This document shows, in pieces, positions 27,703 through 35,277 of a stretch of DNA of 64,000 nt; position 1 is the first letter of the stretch; each line of letters opens with the position of its first letter. The notes under the pieces are model-generated. The model was not told the DNA's origin, did no database searches, and saw only the letters and a list, made by a program, of their open reading frames with translations. Position numbers and translations under genes: made by a program. Source of the DNA: an uncultured Mollicutes bacterium (GTDB lineage: Bacteria; Bacillota_I; Bacilli_A; RFN20; CAG-826); contig UQFY01000002.1 of the NCBI GenBank assembly GCA_900540385.1, positions 73,274-137,273 of the forward strand. The letters run 5' to 3'.

Positions 27703-27731
27703 ATTCTAGAATAAGAATATTACTTTGCCAA
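27703..27731 (-). promoter_or_regulatory. ftsA promoter TTGGCA-N17-TAGAAT; its -10 lies 5 nt from the ftsA ATG
   Basis: On the minus strand, -35 is at 27731..27726 and -10 at 27708..27703. No SD between the -10 and ATG 27697. A 12-bp perfect palindrome TATTCTAGAATA (27702..27713) overlaps the -10. Confidence 0.55.
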
Positions 27732-27869
27732 CAACATTTAGAAGTAACTTAGAATGTATTTAGTACTTTTTTAGTTGTTTTTGTTGAAATAGAACAATAT
27801 AGATAAAAATTAGATAACATCTAACAATTTTAATAAAATGAAAAGAAAGAACCTAAATTATAAATTGAA

Positions 27870-27902
27870 AGAAAAAAGAGAGCCTTAATTTTCTTGGCTC
27901 TC
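27870..27902 (-). terminator. intrinsic terminator ending the mraZ-rsmH-small ORF operon
   Basis: Minus strand: GAGAGCC-(11-nt loop containing the TAA stop)-GGCTCTC followed by TTTTTTC. Confidence 0.7.
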
Positions 27903-28139
27903 TTGTGGGATTTCCGTTTTTTCTTCTTCGGAAGGAGACTCTGAAGAGTCTTCTTGGCTGCTACTTACCTGACTCGTGTTCTTGTATTCTTCAGCATGTG
28001 CTTCTGCTACACGATAGGATAAGCCAACCGGAATGGCACAAAGCGAGAAGAAGCCAAACACAATCAAGGATGCTTTTAAAAGCATTTGTTTGCGGTAATA
28101 TCCACGCTTATGTCCGCTTTTTTCTAACTTATCTTTCAT
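27885..28139 (-). CDS. 84-aa bitopic membrane protein in the FtsL position of the dcw cluster
   Basis: MKDKLEKSGHKRGYYRKQMLLKASLIVFGFFSLCAIPVGL... has a basic N-terminus, one TM helix and an acidic Ser/Glu-rich tail. SD AAAGGAG lies 9 nt upstream of ATG 28139. It overlaps the rsmH end by 11 nt. Confidence 0.6.
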   Translation of the reverse strand: MKDKLEKSGHKRGYYRKQMLLKASLIVFGFFSLCAIPVGLSYRVAEAHAEEYKNTSQVSSSQEDSSESPSEEEKTEIPQESQEN

Positions 28140-29082
28140 TGTCGTCTTCTCCTTTCTTTTCAATACATCTTAATTTAGCTGGTTTAGAACGATGGTTCTC
28201 TTCTAGCTCTTTTTCCCCTGCTACAATCGGTTTTTTGGATATTTGTCGATAAGGGGCCTTCTTTATTTCGTTTGGTCTAAGTTCAAGATCATCTCGATTT
28301 CCTTCTATTACTGATAGGGAACGGAACTTATCTTTAACTAATCTATCTTCAAGGCTTTGGAAGGTGATGATGGCGATTCTTCCACCCGGTTTTAGCACTT
28401 CATCGAAAGTGTCTAACAATTGGTGGAGGTTTCCTAATTCATCGTTTGTTTCTACTCTTAAGGCTTGGAAGATTTGTTTGGCTGGATGGCCTTTTTTAGC
28501 CAATTCTCTAGCAGGTTTTACGCGTTTGATTAACTCCACGAGTTCGCCTGTCGTTTCAATCTCTTTCGTTTCTCTTTCTTTTACTATTTCTTTAGCGATT
28601 TGATAAGAGAAAGGGTCTTCACCATAATCCTTAAATACTTTGAGAAGTCTTTCGAATGGATAGGTATTAACGATAATCTTGGCGTTGAGTGGATTTTCTC
28701 TATCCATTCTCATATCCAAAGGTGCGTCTTCACGGTAAGAGAAGCCTCTTTCCGCTTCATCGAATTGAGGGGATGAAACACCTAAATCAGCGGTGATTCC
28801 GTCCACTTCTGTTATCCCTCTTTCTTGAAGCTCTTTAACGAAATAGGCGAAATTGGACTTGATGATGGTGAAGTTATTTCCCGTCTTTTCTAGTCTTTCC
28901 TTACTTTCGTCAATGGCTTCTTGATCCATATCAAAGGAATAAAGATGGCCATTTGGGATTCTTTTAAGGATGGCTTCGGAGGTGCCTCCTCTTCCTAAAG
29001 TGAGGTCGACATACACTCCATCTGGACGTATATCCATGACATCCATCGTTTCGTTAAGAAGGACGCTATAATGATAGCCCAT
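28129..29082 (-). CDS. rsmH: 16S rRNA (cytosine1402-N4)-methyltransferase
   Basis: 317 aa. HYSVLLNE, DLTLGRGGTSEAIL, DLGVSSPQ are the RsmH/MraW signatures. Confidence 0.97.
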   Translation of the reverse strand: MGYHYSVLLNETMDVMDIRPDGVYVDLTLGRGGTSEAILKRIPNGHLYSFDMDQEAIDESKERLEKTGNNFTIIKSNFAYFVKELQERGITEVDGITADLGVSSPQFDEAERGFSYREDAPLDMRMDRENPLNAKIIVNTYPFERLLKVFKDYGEDPFSYQIAKEIVKERETKEIETTGELVELIKRVKPARELAKKGHPAKQIFQALRVETNDELGNLHQLLDTFDEVLKPGGRIAIITFQSLEDRLVKDKFRSLSVIEGNRDDLELRPNEIKKAPYRQISKKPIVAGEKELEENHRSKPAKLRCIEKKGEDDNER

Positions 29083-29083
29083 A

Positions 29084-29530
29084 TCAGTTTCCCTCCTTCG
29101 AAAGGTTGCTTAAATCCTCAGCAATCTTCTCATAAGAGTCTTCGTTCTTCTTCTGATATTCTTCATAAGATGCTTTATCCCAAATCTCAAAATGATCTAA
29201 AACACCGATGATAACGACTTCAGAAGAAAGGCCATAACGTTTTGCGATAGCACTTCCTAAGGAAATTCTTCCATGGGAGTCCGTATCAAGGACTTCCACG
29301 CTAGAAAGAGCTAAACGCATATAAGTACGTGCCTTTCCTTCAAGGAAAGACATTTTTTCTAAAGAAGAAAGATATTTTTGGAAATCTTTTTCTTCATAAA
29401 TGGAAAGCGCTCCCTCAAAACCGCGGAGTAAGTAAAAATGTTCTGGCATCTCTTTGACTAATTTATTAGGCAATTGTAGACGGAATTTGTTATCTAGATT
29501 TCTTTGATACGTTCCAAAAAACATTCCCAC
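29084..29530 (-). CDS. mraZ: transcriptional regulator MraZ
   Basis: 148 aa with two SpoVT/AbrB-like repeats (DNKFRLQLP..., DSHGRISL...). The start is either GTG 29530 or ATG 29524. Confidence 0.93.
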   Translation of the reverse strand: MGMFFGTYQRNLDNKFRLQLPNKLVKEMPEHFYLLRGFEGALSIYEEKDFQKYLSSLEKMSFLEGKARTYMRLALSSVEVLDTDSHGRISLGSAIAKRYGLSSEVVIIGVLDHFEIWDKASYEEYQKKNEDSYEKIAEDLSNLSKEGN

Positions 29531-29567
29531 TTTTTCCCACTCCTTGCAATTAATGTATCACTGTGGG
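29526..29567 (-). promoter_or_regulatory. candidate MraZ operator repeats (GTGGG x2 direct, 10-bp period, plus one inverted copy)
   Basis: The minus strand reads GGAGTGGGAAAAAGTGGGAATG. GTGGG sits at 29540..29536 and 29530..29526; an inverted copy is at 29563..29567. Confidence 0.4.
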
Positions 29568-29597
29568 CCATTTCTTGAAAGAAAAATCACCAAAAAG

Positions 29598-29628
29598 ATG
29601 AAAAAAGTCTCCGAATGGCGGAGACTCT
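29598..29628 (-). terminator. intrinsic terminator after the DUF177 gene
   Basis: Minus strand: AGTCTCCG-CCATT-CGGAGACT followed by TTTTTCATC. Confidence 0.8.
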
Positions 29629-29644
29629 AACTTGAAATGAAGTA

Positions 29645-30139
29645 TTATCGATCGTCCTTTGAAGGGAAAGAAGGCAAATCATCCATGGAGAAATTGCTTC
29701 GCTCTTCTTGAAGTTCTTCTTCGCTTACGAAAGAAACACCAGAGATTCCCTTTGGAAGAGGAGTGTCTTTTTTCCTAACTAAACGTAAAGGCAAGGATGA
29801 TTGAAGGACGTCTAATGCAAGTCCATCTAAATCAATACTTGGGCCTGGGATATAGACACCTTCTTCCATTTCATCTTCTTGATCGATGACTTCCATTTCT
29901 TCTTTGCGTTTCATAGGATAGTCGAATAAGACATTATCCCTTGTATCATGAACGCGGAGTTTTGCTTGAATTTCAAAAAGTAACAATAGAAAGCCATCTT
30001 GGCGCGACACATTCACTTTGTAATGGCAGGATAAAACCTTGTCTAAAGGATAACGCTTAGGGTATTCTTCAAAGGTTGTGTCGTTTGAAAGAGATTGTTC
30101 TCTCCCTTTTATAATGGCGCTCTTATTGATTTTATTCAT
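29645..30139 (-). CDS. YceD/DUF177-family protein (large-subunit rRNA accumulation protein-like)
   Basis: 164 aa. It has an acidic pattern, C-terminal ...LPKGISGVSFVSEEE and overall DUF177-like length and composition. Its ATG overlaps the pheT TAA (TAATG at 30137..30141). Confidence 0.55.
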   Translation of the reverse strand: MNKINKSAIIKGREQSLSNDTTFEEYPKRYPLDKVLSCHYKVNVSRQDGFLLLLFEIQAKLRVHDTRDNVLFDYPMKRKEEMEVIDQEDEMEEGVYIPGPSIDLDGLALDVLQSSLPLRLVRKKDTPLPKGISGVSFVSEEELQEERSNFSMDDLPSFPSKDDR

Positions 30140-32532
30140 TAAGAACGTACCTCAGCATTAAAACGCATCAAGAGGGTGTCGGTAATCTTCTTCATGATGA
30201 GGTTAACTTCTTCATCTTTCAAAGTTTTATTCTCATCTAAGAAAGTAATGGTAATAGCCATTGATTTCTTGCCTTTTTCAATATGGTCGCCTTCATAAAC
30301 ATCGAAAACATCGACCTTTTTGATGATTTTATCAAGACGAGAGATTTCACGTTTGATATCCGCATATGGAATATCGTTTTTCAAAACGAAGGCCAAATCA
30401 CGGCTTATGGATGGGAATTTTGGTGGAATCGACGCTTTTTCGGCGCTTGTCTTTAAGGCAAGAAGCGCTTCTAAATCCATTTCTAACACAGCAACAGGAT
30501 TCTTACCAAAGCCCAATTGTTTTAAGGCACTTGGATGAAGCTCACCAAAAACAGCGATTCTCTCTTTGCCTAAAAGGATTTCTGCGCTGCGTCCTGGGTG
30601 AAGTTCTTCTTTTGCATCTTTATAAGCTTGGAGCTTAAAACGATTTTCATTGATGCCAAGCAAGGAAATAATGCCTTCGAATAAGCCTTTGACGCTATAG
30701 AAATCGTAAGGGCGGCGTGTTAAAGAACCTTGTAAGGTTTCTTCTCCAAAAAGAACGATGGCAAGATGCTTCCCTTTCGCTTTTGGAGTATCCACATCCG
30801 ATATTTCAAAAAGAGCAAGGTTCTTTTCTTGGTGGGCGAAATTGTAAGACGCCACTTCTAGAAGTGAAGAAAGGATATTCTTTCTAAGATACATTCTATC
30901 TTCTGTGAGAGGATTCATAAGTTTATAGTTCTCTCCCGTAAGAAGAAGTTCGAAAGCGTCTTTGTTTTTATTGCTTACTAAAGAATAGGTAATGCATTCG
31001 CTTAAGCCATTGTTTCTAAGGAAACGACGGATTGCGTTCTTATCGGCTTGTTTTTGGCTATATCCACCATGGTTAGTAGAAACGTTAGGGAGTTTGGAGG
31101 TGATGTTTTCATACCCTAAAAGACGGATGACTTCTTCACTTACGTCTGCTTCTCCACTCATATCGATGCGGTAGAATGGCACGGTCAAAAGGAATTTGTC
31201 TCCTTCTTCTTTTTCGATTCCCATGTGGTCTCTTTGAAGGATAGAAACCACTGTTTCCAAATCGAAGGAAGTTCCTAAACGAGCGTTGATATAGTTTAAA
31301 GATGTTTCAATTTTCTTTGGCTCATGTTTTAGACGATCGTAAGTTGGGATGCTAAGAATTTCTTTTGCGTCCGCCAATTCTTTCATCAAATAAGTGCAAA
31401 TTTGAAGAACTCTTTCGGTTTGTTCGTTGTTTAATCCCTTCACAAAACGGGAGGAAGATTCGCTAGCTAAGCCTAAACGATTGGAAGTTCTTCGAATGGA
31501 AGCGCCAGCAAAAGAAGCGGCTTCAATGATAACGTTCTTTGTTTCAGGAGTAACTTCTGCGGCTTTGCTTGTCGTAATACCAGCAAGGCACATTGGCTCT
31601 TTTGCACTAGAAACAACAAGATCCCCTTCTTTTAAGGTATAGCTTCCATCGTTCATTGCCACGAATTCGCCAACATAATCATCACGAACTTCCAAAGAGG
31701 AGTTAGGAAGTTTATCCGCGTCATACATATTGATCGGTTGTCCTGTTAACAACATAACGAAATTGCCGATATCTACGACGTTATTGATGCTTCTGACTCC
31801 TTCAGAAGAAAGGATTCTTTTCAACCATTCCGGTGATTCTTTTGTCACGATAGAACGAACTTCTCTTGCTCCAAAAAGAGGGCATTTATCCGTTAAAGAG
31901 GTTACTTTAAAAGAAGATTCGCCCGTAATTGTTTCAGGATATTCTTTGATGTTTTCTTTTTCATTAAGAAGACAAGAGACTTCACGAGCCACATTTTCCA
32001 TCGCGTTCATATCTGGGCGATTAGCAAGAAGCTCGATTTCAATGATGGAATCATCAAGTCCTAAATAATGAAGAACATTCTCTTCTCCAACAGGAGCGCC
32101 CATAGGAAGTTCTTCGATGCCGTTGATTTGTTTCTCGCTTAAAGAAGATTTATCCACACCTAATTCTCTTAAAGAGCAGCACATTCCGTCACTTTCCACT
32201 CCACGAATGCTTGATGGGGTGATGGTGACTTCTGGTAAAACGGCACCAGCACGAGCAACAATGACTTTTAAGCCTTTTCTAGCATTTGGGGCACCGCAAA
32301 CGATTTGATGGACGCCAAATTTGCCTTCATCGACATTCAAAACATGAAGGTGGTCGCTATCTGGGTGAGGTTCACAAGTAAGGATTTCTCCGATAACAAG
32401 ATTCGTTCCGGAGGCAATTTTCTTGATTTCATCGACTTCAATGCCAGCAAAGGTAAGTTTTTTTGCAACTTCTTCTGGAGTCGTATTATCTAGATTGACG
32501 AATTCTTTCAGCCAATTCCATGAAATTTTCAT
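30139..32532 (-). CDS. pheT: phenylalanine--tRNA ligase beta subunit
   Basis: 797 aa with tRNA-binding OB N-terminus (MKISWNWLKEFV), B3/4, B5 and FDX-ACB domains. Confidence 0.97.
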   Translation of the reverse strand: MKISWNWLKEFVNLDNTTPEEVAKKLTFAGIEVDEIKKIASGTNLVIGEILTCEPHPDSDHLHVLNVDEGKFGVHQIVCGAPNARKGLKVIVARAGAVLPEVTITPSSIRGVESDGMCCSLRELGVDKSSLSEKQINGIEELPMGAPVGEENVLHYLGLDDSIIEIELLANRPDMNAMENVAREVSCLLNEKENIKEYPETITGESSFKVTSLTDKCPLFGAREVRSIVTKESPEWLKRILSSEGVRSINNVVDIGNFVMLLTGQPINMYDADKLPNSSLEVRDDYVGEFVAMNDGSYTLKEGDLVVSSAKEPMCLAGITTSKAAEVTPETKNVIIEAASFAGASIRRTSNRLGLASESSSRFVKGLNNEQTERVLQICTYLMKELADAKEILSIPTYDRLKHEPKKIETSLNYINARLGTSFDLETVVSILQRDHMGIEKEEGDKFLLTVPFYRIDMSGEADVSEEVIRLLGYENITSKLPNVSTNHGGYSQKQADKNAIRRFLRNNGLSECITYSLVSNKNKDAFELLLTGENYKLMNPLTEDRMYLRKNILSSLLEVASYNFAHQEKNLALFEISDVDTPKAKGKHLAIVLFGEETLQGSLTRRPYDFYSVKGLFEGIISLLGINENRFKLQAYKDAKEELHPGRSAEILLGKERIAVFGELHPSALKQLGFGKNPVAVLEMDLEALLALKTSAEKASIPPKFPSISRDLAFVLKNDIPYADIKREISRLDKIIKKVDVFDVYEGDHIEKGKKSMAITITFLDENKTLKDEEVNLIMKKITDTLLMRFNAEVRS

Positions 32533-32543
32533 ATCTAATCTCC

Positions 32544-33587
32544 TTATTTCTCTGAGAAATCTTTTAAGAAACGAACATCGTTCGTATAGATTCTTCTAAT
32601 ATCGTCGATGCCATAGCGGAGCATAGCGATTCTCTCTATGCCAACGCCAAAAGCGAAGCCACTATAGATTTTTGGATCGTATCCACACATTTCTAAGACA
32701 TGAGGATGGACTTCCCCCGCTCCAAGAATTTCAATCCAACCGGTGTTTTTGCAAAGAGAACAGCCCTTTCCACCGCATTTGGAACAAGAAACGTCAACTT
32801 CTACGGATGGTTCTGTAAATGGGAAGAAAGAGGAACGAAGACGAATTTCACGTTTTTCTCCGAACATTTTCTTAACGAATAGCTCCAATGTTCCTTTTAA
32901 ATCAGCCATGGAGATGCCTTTATCTACGACAAGCCCTTCGATTTGACCGAATTCATGGGAGTGAGTCGCATCATCGTCATCACGGCGATAACATTTTCCT
33001 GGGCAAATCATCTTGATTGGTTTCTTTTCTTCGTTTTCAAGCATGGTGTGTGCTTGGGCGGCAGAAGTTTGGGTTCTTAATAAAAGATTCTCGGAAATAT
33101 AGAAGGTATCTTGCATATCTCTAGCAGGATGGTCCTTAGGAACATTTAAAAGTTCAAAGTTGAAATGATCCGTTTCAACATCTCTTCCTTCAACGATATC
33201 AAAGCCCATTGAGGCGAAGATATCGGACATTTCATCAACAATTTGCCAATATGGGTTGATGAAACCTTGGTGGTAATTTCTACCCGGAAGGGTAAGGTCG
33301 ATTTTTTCAGATTGAAGTTTTTCTTCAAGGGCTTTCGCTTGAGCCTTTTGCATCTTTTCTTCAAAAGCGCTCTCCACTTTCTTTCTTGTATCGTTTACAA
33401 GTTTTCCAAAAGCGGCTTTTTCTTCAGCAAGAAGGTTTCTCATTAACCCCATAAGCTGAGCAAGATGGCTTTTTTTCGAAAGATAAGTGTTCTTCCAGTT
33501 TGTTAATTCCTCGGAACTGTTCGCTTTTTCTAAAGCGGTTAAGGCTTCTTCTTCCGCTTCTAAAACGGTTTTCTTTTCGTTTTCCAT
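32544..33587 (-). CDS. pheS: phenylalanine--tRNA ligase alpha subunit
   Basis: Class II motifs (HPARDMQDTFY, FRSSFFPFTEPS, GFAFGVGIERIAM). Start reassigned to ATG 33587 (MENEKKTVLEAEE...). The 52 upstream track codons lie in the T-box leader. Confidence 0.96.
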   Translation of the reverse strand: MENEKKTVLEAEEEALTALEKANSSEELTNWKNTYLSKKSHLAQLMGLMRNLLAEEKAAFGKLVNDTRKKVESAFEEKMQKAQAKALEEKLQSEKIDLTLPGRNYHQGFINPYWQIVDEMSDIFASMGFDIVEGRDVETDHFNFELLNVPKDHPARDMQDTFYISENLLLRTQTSAAQAHTMLENEEKKPIKMICPGKCYRRDDDDATHSHEFGQIEGLVVDKGISMADLKGTLELFVKKMFGEKREIRLRSSFFPFTEPSVEVDVSCSKCGGKGCSLCKNTGWIEILGAGEVHPHVLEMCGYDPKIYSGFAFGVGIERIAMLRYGIDDIRRIYTNDVRFLKDFSEK

Positions 33588-33604
33588 GAATTTTCCTTTC
33601 TGAA

Positions 33605-33825
33605 TATAGAAAAAGGGATGCAGGGAGTGAATAAACCACGGTGCCATCCCAATTCGTTTTTTCTTTTGATAAAACGCGACTTTTTGGCTATAACCCACGA
33701 CGGAGGGAATCTCTTCCCTGTTCTCCAAGGCGAACTTCGGCAAGCTTCTTAGAAGACAGTCTCTCTCTTTGTCTCTCCCAGAACTAAGAAGGTCTTGCGT
33801 ACTCTTCCTTTTCTTCGAACGATGA
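33605..33825 (-). promoter_or_regulatory. T-box riboswitch leader (Phe)
   Basis: Minus-strand elements: variant T-box AATTGGGATGGCACCGTGG; GA motif GTTC-GAAG...GGA-GAAC; AGTA element; AG-rich bulge. The specifier UUC-G sits directly above lower helix CCUU (UUC = 33734..33732). GGGATG(G)CA...TGCATCCC plus TTTTTC serves as the terminator. Confidence 0.75.
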
Positions 33826-33851
33826 TATTTTAATACAAAGAAGAAGACTTG

Positions 33852-34577
33852 TTACTTCTTTTTGAGTTCATAAAGAAGAATTCCTGCAGCAACCCCTACA
33901 TTTAAAGAGTCAATGCCGTCCATTTCGATACGTACTTTTTTATCCGCAAGGGAAAGAATCTTCGGATTTACGCCTCTTCCCTCATTTCCAAGAATGAGCG
34001 CATAAGGCTTTTCAATGTTTAATTCTTTTAACGGGTAGGAGGATTTTAAATCCGTGGCAAGGATTTTATAGCCTTTTTCTTTTAAGGAAATAATATCTTC
34101 TTCAGGAGAAAGGTTTCCTTCTTTGATATTGAGTTTAAAAATGGCTCCTTGGGAAGAAGAAAGGGTTTTTGAAGAATAGGCGCTTGCGCATCCTTTCGAA
34201 AGAAAGACGTCTTGATAGCCAAAGGCAAGACAAGTTCTTAAAATCGTGCCAACGTTTCCAGGATCTTGAAGCTCATCGAGATAAACAATGACATCGGAAA
34301 AAGGCTTTTCTTCTTTCTTTTTCTTGCATAAAGCAACGATTCCTTCAGGAGTTTTGGAAGAAGATAGGCGTTTAATGATTGCCTCATTGGTTAGATAGAA
34401 TTCTACATCTCCATGAGGATATTCTTTTAAGGAAAAAATTCGAACGGCTGAAGCGTTTTCTAACGCCATCTCCACCATATGGAAGCCTTCCACGAGGAAG
34501 AAATCGTCCTTTCCATCTTGGTGAGAGAGGGTTTCTTTTATTTTTTTGTTATCTTTAGAAAATAGCAATTCACTCAT
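33852..34577 (-). CDS. TrmH/SpoU-family RNA 2'-O-methyltransferase (YsgA-like)
   Basis: 241 aa with SpoU motifs (DPGNVGTILRT, LILGNEGRGV, LNVGVAAGILLYE). It sits upstream of pheS, as ysgA does in Bacillus. Confidence 0.88.
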   Translation of the reverse strand: MSELLFSKDNKKIKETLSHQDGKDDFFLVEGFHMVEMALENASAVRIFSLKEYPHGDVEFYLTNEAIIKRLSSSKTPEGIVALCKKKKEEKPFSDVIVYLDELQDPGNVGTILRTCLAFGYQDVFLSKGCASAYSSKTLSSSQGAIFKLNIKEGNLSPEEDIISLKEKGYKILATDLKSSYPLKELNIEKPYALILGNEGRGVNPKILSLADKKVRIEMDGIDSLNVGVAAGILLYELKKK

Positions 34578-35203
34578 TTGTATTGCCCTTTCGTTAATTT
34601 TTTATGATAGAAATAATAATCAGGATAATAAGCAAGAACAATCTTATAGAAATTTTTGCTGTGATTACGGACTTTATCATGAGCGAGTTCGTGAATGACA
34701 ACACTTTCAATAATCTCCTTGCTATAATGGACTAAGCATAAAGCGAAAGTTAAAGAAAGGGTGCGTTGATTATTTACGCCCCATCTCGTTTTCATTTGAC
34801 GAACACGAACGCGATAAGAAGATGTAACTCCCATTTTTTCTTTGTTTTTAGCGACATTTTCTTCGAGAAAAGAAAGAAGAATCTTTTTTAGATACATCCT
34901 TTGTTTCTCTTCTTTCCAAGTAGAAAAAGCAGGAATTTCGTATCTCTCCCCGAATAAATAGACAAAATCCCCCTCAATGGGATTAGGTGCCGTTTTTGCC
35001 TTCACTCTTTCAATCAGTTTTTCCGCATTCTTGTTTACGAATCGAAAAATCTCATCCTCTTTAATATATATAGGAACATTACAAGTAAAGTCTTTTCTTT
35101 CTGGATTATATCGAAGACCCATGCTTCTTCTTTTTCGATAATTGACTGTCACGGGGTAAGTTTCTGTACCGATTTGAATTTGCCAAAGCTCTTTTTTCTT
35201 CAT
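34574..35203 (-). CDS. YgjP/DUF45-family zinc metallopeptidase-like protein
   Basis: 209 aa, HELAH motif (VVIHELAHDKVRNHSKNFY). Its stop overlaps the next ATG (ATGA at 34574..34577). Confidence 0.8.
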   Translation of the reverse strand: MKKKELWQIQIGTETYPVTVNYRKRRSMGLRYNPERKDFTCNVPIYIKEDEIFRFVNKNAEKLIERVKAKTAPNPIEGDFVYLFGERYEIPAFSTWKEEKQRMYLKKILLSFLEENVAKNKEKMGVTSSYRVRVRQMKTRWGVNNQRTLSLTFALCLVHYSKEIIESVVIHELAHDKVRNHSKNFYKIVLAYYPDYYFYHKKLTKGQYK

Positions 35204-35277
35204 CTTATTAATTATAGGGAGCCTCCTAACTCTTTGACTAGTAAAAGCAAGGGAAATAGAGTAAACTTCCTAGACGT

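Noticed and set aside
33588-33743. 52-codon N-terminal extension of pheS in the track ORF, and the small overlapping ORFs at 33424..33639 and 33146..33364.
   Set aside because: The extension covers the Phe T-box antiterminator and terminator. PheS homology and an ATG begin at 33587. The others are antisense or out-of-frame shadows.
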